The translations under genes and the position numbers were made by a program. Below, in pieces: positions 63,825-64,000 of a stretch of 64,000 nucleotides of DNA (positions within the stretch are counted from its first letter, which is position 1; the number at the start of each line of letters is the position of its first letter). Origin of the DNA: Podarcis filfolensis (taxonomy: Eukaryota); NCBI GenBank assembly GCA_964270895.1, contig OZ185440.1. One strand, given 5' to 3'. A model generated the notes under the pieces. The model made no database searches, was not told the DNA's origin, and saw only the letters and a list, made by a program, of their open reading frames with translations.

Positions 63825-64000
63825 TACAAGCAAACAACTGAAAGGAGAGGAATTGCAACCAAAACTTTAGTTTCTGCGACATATGGTTATCAGCATGGTT
63901 ATTACTCTCCTAAAAGCACTGCCATTTGCTCCAGGCTGTGAGACAGAGGGCTAAGTTGCTGTCAGAAGAATCTGCATTGCTATTTTCCTACATGGTAGCA

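Overview
Vertebrate (squamate, probably lacertid lizard; inferred from the repeat families) genomic window with two convergent genes. + strand: the 3' part of MAGI3, 14 coding exons (1555-44885) from the end of WW2 through PDZ1-PDZ5 to a 368-codon last exon. They splice in frame at GT-AG sites. There is also a short-isoform cassette exon (42536-42624) and a roughly 4-4.5 kb 3'UTR. - strand: the last 11 coding exons of PHTF1 (63475 down to 50800), all flanked by phase-0 introns, with a 3'UTR reaching about 49320. Introns hold L1, L2 and CR1 LINE fragments, tRNA- and 5S-derived SINEs, Penelope-like termini, a solo LTR, many hAT and Tc1/mariner MITEs (several with intact TSDs) and microsatellites. 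The most interesting signals are in RNA processing: a full intronic poly(A) site behind MAGI3's large internal exon, a duplicated in-frame 5' splice site on the 32-nt microexon, a TAGTAG acceptor, an NMD-escaping cassette exon with an RBFOX motif, a candidate unannotated terminal exon, and possibly overlapping MAGI3/PHTF1 3' ends. Also notable are a MITE with three long hairpins showing compensatory changes and a solo LTR with a p53-like element. I found no evidence of a wholly new gene system. Human comparisons and TE family names are from memory and need database confirmation.
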